DNA of 64,000 bases from Ministeria vibrans ATCC 50519 (taxonomy: Eukaryota; Protista; Filasterea). The notes under the pieces are model-generated. The model was not told the DNA's origin. It did no database searches and saw nothing but the letters and a program-made list of their open reading frames with translations. A program made the translations under genes and the position numbers. Positions 29,239-44,100 of this stretch are shown here, in pieces; position 1 is the first letter of the stretch; each line of letters starts with the position of its first letter. The DNA lies in contig CALSCP010002461.1 in NCBI GenBank assembly GCA_943704425.1, forward strand, positions 1 through 64,000. The letters are read 5' to 3'.

Positions 29239-31724
29239 ATGTCTCCGCTCCTGCTCGTTGGCGCCGGCCTGGCTGCCTTCCTACTGTGGTTCTTCTTGGC
29301 CTTTCGCAATCACCTGGCCAGCGTCGACAAGAACATTCCCCGCTTGCCCGGCTCAACCTACCTTGGCGCCGTGCCTCTTCTGGACGTCACCAATGTCTAT
29401 CGCTCGTACCTTCAAAACTCAAATGCGTCTTTTCGTCTTATTTTCTACCAAAAAAAAAAAAAAAAAAGAAGTTGCTTGTCGAAATATTGAGTCGAAACGT
29501 CTCTGACGGCTTCTCCTGTGTAGATTCGTGCTGTTCGTCAGGCAGTACGGACGTGTCTTCAGCTTTCACATCTTTGGCGAGGTGACGGTGGCCACGGCCG
29601 ACCCCAACATGATTATGGTACGGCAAAACGAACCAACGACTCACTGACTGGTCGAAGGATCGCACCCACACGCGAGAAATCGTCGAAATCAAGACCAACG
29701 CACATGCGGCGTCGCCCCGACGACGTATTGTCCTTATGGGGTTCACGTCTGGCTGTTGCCCTGCGGCTGCGTCGACGTCTCTGGCGTTTGTTGAACCTCT
29801 GGAAAAAAAAGAAACAAAAAACGGAGTTTCGTATTGCTCAACCAACGCTCACGTTGTTTCAACTCAATTAGGAGATCTTATCGTCGCCCAATGCACGCGA
29901 CAAGTCCGTCGGAGGCTACGAAGACCTCAAGGCGTTTCTGGGCGAGACGGCACTGCTCTCGATCAACGGCGAAGAGTGGCGCAAGCGACGCAAGTTGCTG
30001 TCCAAGGTGTTTCACACGCAGCAAATGCACATGTTTATCCGCCACTTCACCGAATGCGCCGACGTCATGTGCACCGAGCTCGAGGCTCAGCCCAAGTATG
30101 CGCCCATTGATGTCTCCAAGGTACCACAGATCAAGTGGATAAAGCGCCTTCGTTTAGGAATAATTAATCATGATTCGTTCCGACTGCAAAACGTTTAGTT
30201 CACAATGCGCTTTGCAATGGATGTCATCACGCGCGCCATGTTCACTCGAAAATTCGGTCTCCAAACCGATCCCAATGCGCCCTTGGGTGTTGCGCTTCAT
30301 GTGTGCGCCGCCGAGATGTCTTCGCGACTCTACAATCCCTTTCACAAGGTATCATAGTCATTATAATTGAATAATGATAATAATAATTTTATTATCATTA
30401 TTCATATAAATTCAACTACTTCGAGGGTTCTGAGCTGTTTGTGTTGTTGTGCTTCGCTTGTGATGGATATTAAATTCTTCTTCTTCATATTTTTAATTTT
30501 TTTTGTACGCTGATCATTTGATTAAATTCTTCTTCTTCATATTTTTAATTTTTGTGATGGATATTAAATTCTTCTTCTTCATATTTTTAATTTTTTTTGT
30601 ACGCTGATCATTTGTGTCCATCACAGTATACCAACTTGTACGCCCAGTACCGATTCCGCAAGGCTCTTGGTCTGCTGCATCGCACTTTCCTGCAGATTGT
30701 GGAGGAACACCGTGCGGAAATGGACCAGGAAAAGAGCAATCTGGACTTGGTGGATCTGATGGTGCGCGCACAGGACGAAGAGACGGGATTCACATTCACT
30801 GACAAAGACATTCTCAGTCAGTGTCACACTTTGTACGCAAACTGATATAAGAGACGAGAGAGAAAGAAACAAAGTGATAGGTGATTTGTGATGTTTACTC
30901 ACTATAATATACATAGCTACTTTGCGGGACACGACACGACGGCGCACACTATTGCGTGGGCTCTCTTTCTTATTGCGGGCTATCCTGAAGTCGAGCGTCG
31001 CATCCGAGAGGAGACGGAGTCGGTACTCAGCTACTATATTATTACGATGTGACTCTGACGTGATGCTTTTACATTGTGCTTGAGTAGGTGATGGGGAGTG
31101 AAAGTGAGAGGGGAGTGACACTGAGCGATTTGCAGCGCATGGTCTACCTCGATGCGGTTGTCAAGGAGACCCTCCGTCTCTACCCGCCCGCCCCTGTTTT
31201 CTCCCGCGTTGCCAAGTGCGATACCACCTTTGGCGGTTATGAAGTCAAACAGGGAACCACTTTGACTGTCGTTGCAAACGTAACAACTAACCACTCCTAT
31301 TTCATTACTATTCCACATTCACTCACATTGCACACGCAAACTTACACACATAACAGGCTGTCCATTTTGACGAGCAGAACTACCCCGACCCATTCACGTT
31401 CAACCCGGACCGTTGGCTGACCGACGAAAAGCGCCACCCGTGTGCGTACCTGCCCTTTTCACTCAAAGAGCGCATGTGTATTGGAATGGTAAGGCCAACA
31501 TCCATGTCATGACGACACACTCACAGTTTCACGTCACACACCGGTCTCAATTTTTTTTTTAGCACTTTGGACTGCTCGAGAGCAAAGCAGTGCTGTCCAA
31601 GCTTACACAGCGCTTCCAGTTCCGACGAGATCTCACGCGCTATCCCGTTGTGGGCTCACAGATTACCCAGTGCCCTACTCAGGGTGTCTCTCTCTTTGTC
31701 ACAAAGCGATTCTCTTCCGATTAA
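29239..31724 (+). CDS. Cytochrome P450, CYP4-clan-like
   Basis: N-terminal anchor, GEEWRKRR, FAGHDTT, KETLRLYPP, FNPDRW, PFSLKERMCIG; nine exons. Confidence 0.9.
30460..30614. repeat. Intronic tandem duplication (~60-bp unit, about 2.5 copies)
   Basis: ATTAAATTCTTCTTCTTCATATTTTTAATTTTT appears three times and GTACGCTGATCATTTG twice. Confidence 0.9.
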
Positions 31725-31832
31725 ACACATTCATCTTCTTCGATTCATGCACTCCCACCCATCATGTTTATACGTCTACTTGAATCTTATCCGTTAACAT
31801 AGTATACCGTCTCTGCAATAATTGGTCGATTC

Positions 31833-34512
<2,680 letters not shown>

Positions 34513-34700
34513 CTGTACACAGCAAACGAAGCGGGAGAGAGTCAGAAGTGCAAATTATTTTAGAGGCTGTAAAGTTAAATATGAGAAAAATTAATAAAAT
34601 GAATAATAATAAGATAAGCAAAACGAAAAGCAGCACACTACTTCCGTCGTAACTCGTAGACATTATTATATTAATCTATTGAGTGAGTGTTTTATCTTTA

Positions 34701-36539
34701 CTATTTCTTGAAGATGTCTTGAACAACAATCTCAAAGACGGAGCAGGGAAGCGACAGCTTGAAGTTCTTAAGGACGTGCGGATGGACAGCACCTACAACG
34801 CCAATACGACGGCCACGCAGCCACACAGCGGCACTCTGGTTGCCGAAGAAAAGCGGCTCATCGTCACAGCCTGCAATGTGGTACCCCTCGTCCGAGTCGG
34901 GAGTGTACGCAATGTTGAGCACCTACATAAATGATGGTTTTAGTCCAACTCATATAGAAGACGCACACGCGCGCCGTATCGTACCTGCATGATGCGATCA
35001 AGGAGACCATGAATCGTCTCAAACTCGGCGCGCTGACCCATGTGAAGGGCGGCAATGCGTCGTTCGTTGCGCGACTGGGTCTCGGTAGTGGCGTCGTGGA
35101 GGACGACGTCGCCTGCTTCGAAGAGGCGCAGAGGCAGGGGCAGGCGCAAGTTGCTGGCACACGTCTTGAAAAGGCCCGGCAGTAGCGACGTGCGCACTTC
35201 TTGGAACTCGAGAGTTTTGGGGTTTGCAATTTTAATGGGTCGCAGAAGGGGGGACTCGGTGCGACGCATGTGGGTGAAGTTGTCGTCGTGCGAGAGGAGA
35301 GTGAAGTTGAGCGCCTCGGTGAAGCCAGCAAGGGCCAGCTCGGTGCGCAGCTGGTCGGTAAGCTTGTTGAGCGGCTGCATGGAGCCCGTGGTGACAGTCG
35401 GGGGCAAAATGCGTGGGATGTTGTCGAAACCATAGGCGACGGCGACGTCTTCAGCCACATCGCACACGTGCAAAATGTCCGGACGGGTTGGGGGCACCTG
35501 TACCTCAATGGTTTCCGCATCGTCTGCACTCACACTCGCACGCAGCATCATCTTGGCGAGCAGCGAAGCAACGCGGTCCGGCGTGAGGTCGGGCAGGTCA
35601 ACGAGACGACGCACGTCGCGCATGGTGATCTGTGTGTCGCGCTCGGTCAGCACGGGCGTCTGTGTGACGGGTGTGCTACCGTCCGCATGCACCACGTCGC
35701 ACGGCTCAATGGAAAACGGCGTCGTGCAGTACTCGGCAAACATGCAGCACATGATGTTGAGCACAATGCGTGCGCGTGTCAGGTCCGTCGCTGTGCACTC
35801 GATGAACACATCGCGTGTGTTGAGGTCAATCTTGGAGCGCTCGCCATTGATGATGGGCGGCATGCTGAGCACATGTCCGTCTGCATCGTGAATGACCGGG
35901 TAGACGGGAGAGTGACTGATAATGGGCAGGTAGGGACGCAGGTGCATGTACGCTTCGTCTGTCGCGTACAGCTGCATCAGCTCGCGTGCAGTCGTTTCGG
36001 CCGTGCGCGACAGAGCCACAAACTTAATGTCGTCAGGTGACTGTGCACTGTATGTGAAGGGTCCGCGGATCTTGCTGAGGTCGTGCGTCCCAATGGCGAC
36101 CAGCGTACGCTTGCGACAGATATTTTGATGCAGCTGACGCACCAAGAACGAATAAGAAACGATCATACTAATGGGTTGCACACAAATGGAATTCTCACCT
36201 TGTCCTGAAGATCAATAAAGCTCTGGTAGCGAGCGGGTGTGAAGGAGACGCCACGAAGCACAGCACAGACGGCATGGGGACGGATGGAGGCGGTGCTGGG
36301 CTCGATGGTGAGGCGCTGGCGAGCAGAGCCCTCGGGCGGTGCCCCCAGAGTGTAGGCGGGTGGCGTGATGAGGCCCAGGAAGACGCGCAGCGCCCGCGTG
36401 AGGCCCTCGAAGCACAGCAGGTCGTAGCGGTTGGCGGGAATGTCGATCTTGAAGACAATGTCGCCCAACGGCGCGGCGGCAGCGGACGAGGGCGCCTCCG
36501 ACGCGTCGCTCTTGGACTTCTTCTCCTTGGGCGCTTTGC
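34701..36539 (-). CDS. FARSB: Phenylalanyl-tRNA synthetase beta subunit, exons 2-4
   Basis: [78 protein letters not shown]; no N-terminus upstream of the AAG acceptor at 36540-36542. Confidence 0.93.
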
Positions 36540-36768
36540 CTTAACACACAACCAACAAGCGCCAGAGTCAGCGGCCACGTGCGAGGGGCAGGGCAGCAAG
36601 GCAGGGTGGATGGTGATGATGGGGGCGTGGCGGGTGGAGGGCAGGGAGTGCGTCGAGAGAGGCGCAACAGAAAGAGCAATGCGCATGAGACATCGCAGAG
36701 AGAAAAAGTGATTGTGCACTGCCATTTTTTAACTTTGTTTTTGTCTTTTTTGTTTTGTTTTTTATTTT

Positions 36769-36778
36769 NNNNNNNNNN
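36769..36778. other. 10-N scaffold gap
   Basis: Run of exactly 10 N, possibly a default minimum gap size. Confidence 0.99.
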
Positions 36779-36823
36779 CCCTCCCTCCGCGTGCGACCCC
36801 CTCCCCCGCCCCCTTCTCCGTAG

Positions 36824-37670
36824 TCCGATGAGCTTGCCTTTGACGAGGGCGATCTGCTGTACATCCTCGACAAGCCCGATGCCAGCTGGTACAAGGCCCG
36901 CTGCGGCTCCAGAGAAGGCCTCGTGCCCATCAACTACCGTACGGCAGACCACCGCTCTCTCCAACGCCTCTCTCTCTCTCTCTCGCTCTCTCTTTCTCTT
37001 TCTCTCTTTTTTTATTGTTTGTATGTGAGAGTTTGTCGATTGCGCTTTCTCACTTTGTGCTCTCTCTCTCACACTCTCTCTCTGCGCAGTCGGCGAAAGC
37101 GCAGAAGAAATCGAAAACCCCCTGCATGATGCTGCTAAGCGAGGCAACATCAACTTCTTAAGAGACCTGCTGGCGACCAAGATGTCGCCCAACGCACTGG
37201 ACAAGGTAGGGCGCACCCGTGGGCCGGGCGGGCCGGGCGACGCTTGCGTACTCACTGTCTCTGTCTGTCTGACTTCTTCCAGTCTGGGTCAACGCCGCTG
37301 CACTGGGCATCAACGGGCGGCCACATTGAGTGTGTTGATGCGCTTCTTGAACTTCCGGTTGTTGCAGTGAACGTGCAGGTAAGAGCGAGATGTGTGTGTC
37401 TGAGTGTGTCGTTGACATTTTTTTCACTAGAACAAACTGGGCGACACACCATTGCATAATGCGTCGTGGAAGGGCCATGCGGACGTGGTGAAGGCACTGC
37501 TGGCGCATGAAGCGGATGCGTCGCTGACCAACAACGAAGGACAGGTACCGCTCGACCTGGCGCGCAATGCGGATGTGGGGTCGCTTCTGCAGACCGCCTC
37601 GGTCAGTGCTGCACAACTTGCTGAGTTTACAGAGCGGGAGGGGGATGAGGAAGACGAGGACAGTGACTAA
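36824..37670 (+). CDS. OSTF1: Osteoclast-stimulating factor 1 (SH3 + ankyrin repeats), first exon missing
   Basis: DELAFDEGDLLYI...GLVPINY, NPLHDAAKRGN, GSTPLHWA, NKLGDTPLHNASWKG, C-terminus EDEDSD; begins at an acceptor just after the gap. Confidence 0.88.
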
Positions 37671-37876
37671 GTAGTGAATCAACAACAATCGACAAAGTTA
37701 TCACAAAGCACAAAGCGCAATAGATTAGAATGTCTCCGCTCCCTCTCGACACTCCTTTAGCTTAAAAAGTGGTTCTGAGCTGTTTGTGTTGTCGCTTTTC
37801 GTTTGTGATTGATAAGGAACAAAATAGAGAATCAAAAGCTATAATTCGATCACAGATCACAATTAATCATTTTGTG

Positions 37877-40800
37877 ATGATCTCTGTCTTGCTTGCCGCC
37901 CTTGTGGTGACTGCGGTACGTCGTGTGCGCACCCCCCCTCCCAGCTAACCCTGTCGGCTGTTGCCATGCAGAATGCCGCTCATCTTGACGTGCGCGTCAA
38001 CCACGCGACGTTCGCCTTCGACATCATGCTCAACGGCGAGCGGTGGCTGACCAGCACGGGCGTGGACGTCCACTGCAACCGCAAGCAGTACGATTCGGTC
38101 GCAGGTACGCTCAAACTGTCGTCGCCCGTCACGACCTTCTCTGGCTCCGACAAACTCGGCTCATTCAACGCGACCACTGCCCAGTGGGCCGCCGACGACA
38201 CCCTCTTCTCCGCCACCATCTTTGCCTACGCCGACAAGGCCGTTTTCCGCCAGCATTTCGTCAACGTATCCTTTTTTGTTATCGCTTGTTGTTATTGTTT
38301 TTTTTCATTTTCCGTTTCCGCTGTAGGGCGCCAGCGGAACGTCCACCGGCGACCGCGAGGGCGTCATGGCGTCGTTCCCACGCTTCCTGTTCGAGACGCC
38401 GGCTGCGCGGCGCGGCTACTTCGCCTACAACGACGATATGGTGGGCGATGCGCCGCACTTTGGCCAGTGGGACGAAAAGAGCAACCCGCCCACCGGCATC
38501 AAGGGCACCTCGCCCCTCACCATGTTCAAGCAGGATCTCTCCGTCTCCTCCGTCATGAGGTACCTAAAAACAAAAACAACAAAAGGAAAAGCTCATTTTG
38601 TATGATACATATTATACATAATAATTATTATAATTATAATAATTATAATAATATAATAATAATGCTCAATCATTATACTTACAAAAAGTTGATGGTAATA
38701 ATAATAATTTATTTCTTGCAGTCCGTTTGCGAACTTTATGGTGGCTAATGCGGCTATTGTGAGCTCAAACGGCAACCGCACGCTGTGCTACGGCCCACTG
38801 GGCTCGCTCGAGAGCATCCCAGCGGCGTTCTCGCTTGAAACGATTGTCGTGGCGTTTGCGGGAGGCCCAACGGACGCAGTGCTGCACTGGGGCGACCAGA
38901 TGCTCACGCAATACGAGAAGACGCGCAAGGGACCCGACTTTGACCTGACGCTGACGTATCTCGGGTACAGCACGGACAACGGCGCTTACTACTACTACAA
39001 CACGGAACCGGACATGAACTATGAGGACACGCTGATTGCCGTCAAGAAGTACGCAGACAGCGAACACATTCCGTACAAGTACATTCTGCTTGATTCATGG
39101 TACGCTCACGAAACTGGAAAGAAGGGAGGGGGGGGGCAGTGAAAGAGAGAGAAAGACAAGAGAGAAGTTATGGGATGAGAGAGAAAGAGGGAGGGATTTG
39201 TTGTAGTGAGTGAGTGCGTCTGGGATTCTTGAGGCACTCACATTGTCTCCGCACTGCATTATTTAAAGGTGGTATCCTAAGGACTCGACTGGAGCAGTGA
39301 CCGAGTGGGTGTCTATGCCCTCTGTGTTTCCCAATGGTCTCCAGTACCTGTACAACCAGACTGGTATGATGAGCGTTGAAAGAGAGAGAGAGAGTGTGTG
39401 TGTGTGTGTGACTCACCTCGTGCTTTTGTGTGTGTGTGTGTGTGTGTGGTTGCTCAGGATGGCCAGTGCAGGGTCACAACCGGTACTGGAGCAGCGAGAC
39501 GGTCTACGCCAAGGCCAACGGAGGACCGTACAACTTCCACATTCAAAAGGCAGAAGGTGGTAAGCGTGCCATTGCCGCCCCTGACGACCAGATGTTCTGG
39601 GATTGGCTGCTTCAGAGCTCGAAAGAATGGGGTCTTGTCAACTATGAGCAGGATTGGTACGCATATACTGAAGTGCACTCGAGATTGCGTGGTTCAGTGT
39701 CTCACTTACGTGATTCACCTTTGACTCTGATGTAGGCTTGATGACGAGTACGACTGGTTCGACGGGTTCACGACGGACGCAACTTTAGCGCGACGATGGC
39801 TGATGCAGATGGGCACGGCAGCCAAGAGCAACGGCCTCACCATCCAGTACTGCATGTCTCACGTGCGCCATATGCTCCAGTCTATTGAGGTTTGCACTGC
39901 CACTACTCACTTGTCAGTGCCACTCACTTGGTCCTGTAGATCCCGGCTGTGACGAATGCGCGTGCCTCTAGTGACTACCATCCTGGTAATCAGCAGTGGA
40001 TCGTGGGTGTGACGTCTCTGCTCGCTCACGCCATTGGAGTTGCACCGTCCAAAGACAACTACTGGACCACCATGGTGCAGGTACAACACAAATATACACA
40101 TATTCACAGTCAGTTACGCGCGCCATCCAACTCATTTTTTTCTTCTTCTCGCAGCCTGGCAGCAAGTGGGGTCCATTAACCAAGGAGCCGTACAACCGCC
40201 TAGAGAGCGCCATCAGCTCGCTGACCCGCGGTCCCGTTGCCCCCGCTGATAAGGTGGGTCACTCGGACACGGCTCTGATTGCCAAGCACTGCATGCCCGA
40301 CGGACGTCTGCTGCGTCCCGACCACCCGGCCTGGGTGCTTGACCAGTGGGTTCTCGACCAGTCGCTGCAGACAGGAAAGGGTCCTCAGGGCCAGCTCTAC
40401 CACTCCGAGTCGCGTCTCGCGCAAGAGCACTACGCCTACGTCATTGCCGCCGAGCTCACCGCCGACTACTCTCTCGACCCGTCTCTCCTCGGCTACGAAG
40501 CCAACACGGCCCTCCTCGCCCTTGGTGTCAATGCCACCGCCGAGACCGCTCCCATCCGCGTCTCCTCTTCTGCACCCCTTCAGTTCTCTGTCTGTGGCAA
40601 ACACGACTTTGAGCTCTTCACCCTCTCGCCCATTCTCTCCAACGGATGGTACCTCACTGCATCCAGCTGTGCATTTAGGATAACTTACTTTTTTTTTTCT
40701 TCTCTTTTCTCCTCCCTCTTCAGGGCCTTCTTGGGCGAGATCCAAAAGTGGGTGCGCGTGTCGAGCGACCGCTTCCGCGACCTCACCGAAACCAGCGAGG

Positions 40801-40949
40801 GCGTCGCAGTGGAGCTGGTGGGTGTGCCAGGAGAGACGGTTGAGCTCCTCTTCTTTGACTCCTCCTCCGACAAGTCCATGACTGTCAAGTGTGTCTTTGG
40901 CGCAGAGCACTCTCTCACTGCCAATGTGCCCGCCGGAACGTGCACTTGA
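37877..40949 (+). CDS. Secreted uncharacterised glycoside hydrolase-like protein (clan GH-D-like TIM barrel)
   Basis: Signal peptide; about ten phase-compatible exons; GYSTDNGAYYYY, LLDSWWY, FPNGL, HNRYW, YEQDWL, QYCM, RASSDY motifs are ordered as in GH27/31/36 barrels. Confidence 0.65.
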
Positions 40950-41112
40950 GAAAAAGAAATAATATAAATATTTTTTTTTGGGTTTCCCACAATAATAATT
41001 TTAATTTTGGTTGGATTAGAGTTAGTATAATTATTTTTATGTACTTGCACTGCAATATCTTCTCTCTCACACATATCTCTCTATCTCTCTGCCATGCTCT
41101 CTCACTCTCCCG

Positions 41113-44100
41113 CTACAGTGTGGTTTCGTCAGCACCTCCAGTGGCAACAGCCTCCTCAGCACCGTCGGCCTCTCCGCCACCGACAGCAGTTGCATCACCC
41201 CCATCCACACCACCACCACCATCGCCACCCGCCGGACCCATTGCCTCATTAAGCAACTGGTTCAGAACGAGCGTGAGCCATCGAATGCGTGGCAGGTCTT
41301 GTGCCCAGGGGCTTGCCAGAGCCGGTTGTACAGCCGCAAGGCAATCTTCCACCGTTGCAAACGCAACCATCAACGGCTCGTTGTAGCTCGCTCCCGCATA
41401 CAAGATCCACAGAGCATTCAGATCGGCCAAAAGCTGCTCGCTCGTCCGCAGAATGGTCATCGCAGGCAGCGTCAAACGCCACTCCTCTTCATCAGTCGGC
41501 ACTCCATTCCGCTCGTTGCCAGTGGCATTGTTGTCTTCATTGTCGTCATTTTCGTCGTCGTCATCCTCCTCCTCCTCGGGTTGCAGTCGCTCTTCGTCAT
41601 CGACACGGTGACCCTGACCAAAGAGATCCGCCAGACGAAGCAAACAGTTCAGCGCACTCGACATGACCTCCTCGGCAACACTGCCCAGCGAAGTGCACGT
41701 CTGCGACACCAACGGCGTCAGCGAGCGCAACCAAGTTGTGTTTATTTCGTTCAAAATCTTCTCAGAGCGCTCCCGCTCGAGCTGCATCTGGTCGTGGTCG
41801 TCGAGGGTGTGGCCCGTCACAAGAGCCATCCGCTCCGTCGAAACAGCACTCACAAAGAATTGCTCAAAGGCAGGCATGGCCACCAGCTCGTGAACGACCT
41901 GGTCCCAGTTGGCAACTAGCGGCGACTGACGCAACGCAATCAGCGGCGCCATTCGCTCCTCGAGCCCCACATGCAGTGACTCATTGAGCATGGCCGTCCA
42001 TAGCTGTAGTGCCGGCTGGTGCAACTCTGCCACACAGGAGAAGGCATTCGAACACGCGCTCAACAGTAGGCTGTAGTACGAGCGGAACTGACGGTCCGTG
42101 ACGGTGTCCACCTCAACGTCCTCGCCACGCGGAGCATTCAAAAAGGGTCGCGCAACGTGCATACACAACTGCGTGTAAGGACTGCTGAGCTCACGTCCAC
42201 GCATTCGCTGCGAATCCATCGGTGCCGTACCCCACCGTCCCCCGGTGAGCTTCGCCTTAATCTGCAGGAATAACACTCGTGCATTGTCACGCTCCGCCTG
42301 CACTACCCCCTTGGCACCACCTTCATTTTCATCTTCCTCTTCGTCCTCTCCGTCTTCTTGGTCATCGTCATCGTCGTCGTCGTCATCATCGTCGTCTTCG
42401 TCTTCTTCCTCCTCATCCTCATTCCGCATTCGGTACAGACGACGACGCTCACGGCGCGTCATGCCGTAACGCATAGCACGATAAAAACGCGTGTGTGCCT
42501 GTCGCGCGACCTCAATCACATCCCGCAACGCACTCGCATCCACCTGAATCATCACCTCCAGCAACTCCACAACGACTTCGCGCAATTCAGTCTGCGTGTG
42601 CGTGTTCAACACGCTCATTAGCGACTGAATGACAAATCGCCGGTGGTTCCAGTTCTTGGCGGTGTTGTCCAAATACACTAGACACAAAACGAATGTGAGA
42701 AACAACACAAAATAGGAGAAAAAAAATATATCAAATACCTTGCAATTGTTTAGGACGCTCCGTCATCAGCGTATTATTTGTCAACCGACCCAGCACTACA
42801 ATTATGAGAAAATAAATAAAATAAAATTTATTTATTATTATTATTATAATTTATTATTAGGAATGAGAATAAAACAAACTAATTATTACCATTGGTCATT
42901 GTCTGGATCACCCCAATAAGACCATTGAGGGTCGCTGTATCACGACATGGGTCCTTCATCATCTGAACAATCGCTAATAGCGCCTTGTAGCCGCCCGAGC
43001 TGAAGAAGAGACCCGCCTCATCAATGCCAGTGACACACACCTACATTCACCAAAAATAATCGATTTAATTATTAGCATTGCTTTTTTCCTTCTCAATTTT
43101 TTTTATATATTTTTTGATTTTTTCAGTTTGGTGTACCTCCATGAGAGCAACGAATCGGGTTGTTTGGCGACTGACCCACTCGGCAGCAACCATCTTGGAA
43201 ATGAGGTACTGGCGTACGGGCGCGGCGGTCTTGGCAAGGTAAAGAGCGAGTGCGTACATAGCGTCGGAAAGACCGGAGTAGACGCTGGTGAAAAGCAGGT
43301 AGTCAAAGGCCCAGTTGCAGTTGTTGTGCTCAACCCATGCGAGGGTGAAGGCCATGGACGACTCGCAGAGAATCAGGACAATCTTGTAGAAGCGCGACGA
43401 CACGCGGTCGTTGTACTTGACGCTCTTTTCGGCGGTGTTGTGCGAGATGAACGAGCGAATGAGTCGATTGGTGTGCGCTGGTGATTCCGTGATGGGCTTG
43501 ATAAACTCATCGAGTTTCTGCTCGGCGCACGACAACCACAAGAAGAGAAGCTCCGCCTTGTTCTCGTCCGACTCGTTCTGCTGGGCGTCAATGCATTCGT
43601 ACAGACGCCACAGCTCATCAAAGTACTTGGCGCCAAACGAGCGACGCTCGTCGTTCGTGAGCAGCACCTTGCGCAACGAACGGAACAAATGCTGCATGTG
43701 AAAGATCGAGATGCGCTCGCCGCGCAGCGTGCCGTCCGTTGTGATCCACGGCATTCGCATTTGCGCCATCTTCTCGGCGAGCATCTGAATGAGCATGGAG
43801 CGCCACAGCGCATAGCGATGCGCTGCCGTCTTGAACCCGTGGCGCGTACGCACCTCCTCCACCGTGCCCACCGCATCATGTTTCTTGCACGCCGTCACGT
43901 ACGCCGTCACAATCAGGTCAGCACCACTGCGTGCCAGAATGCGGTCGGGCGCAACAAGCCACGGGAAGAGCCACTGATCGTGCAGCTTAAAAAGTGTTGC
44001 CGACGCCTCAACACTGTCCTCCACAAGACGCTGCAGAATCTTCATCATCTCCTGCGCCAGCTTGCCCTGGTCCAAATTGACAGTTACCACACGAATGAGT

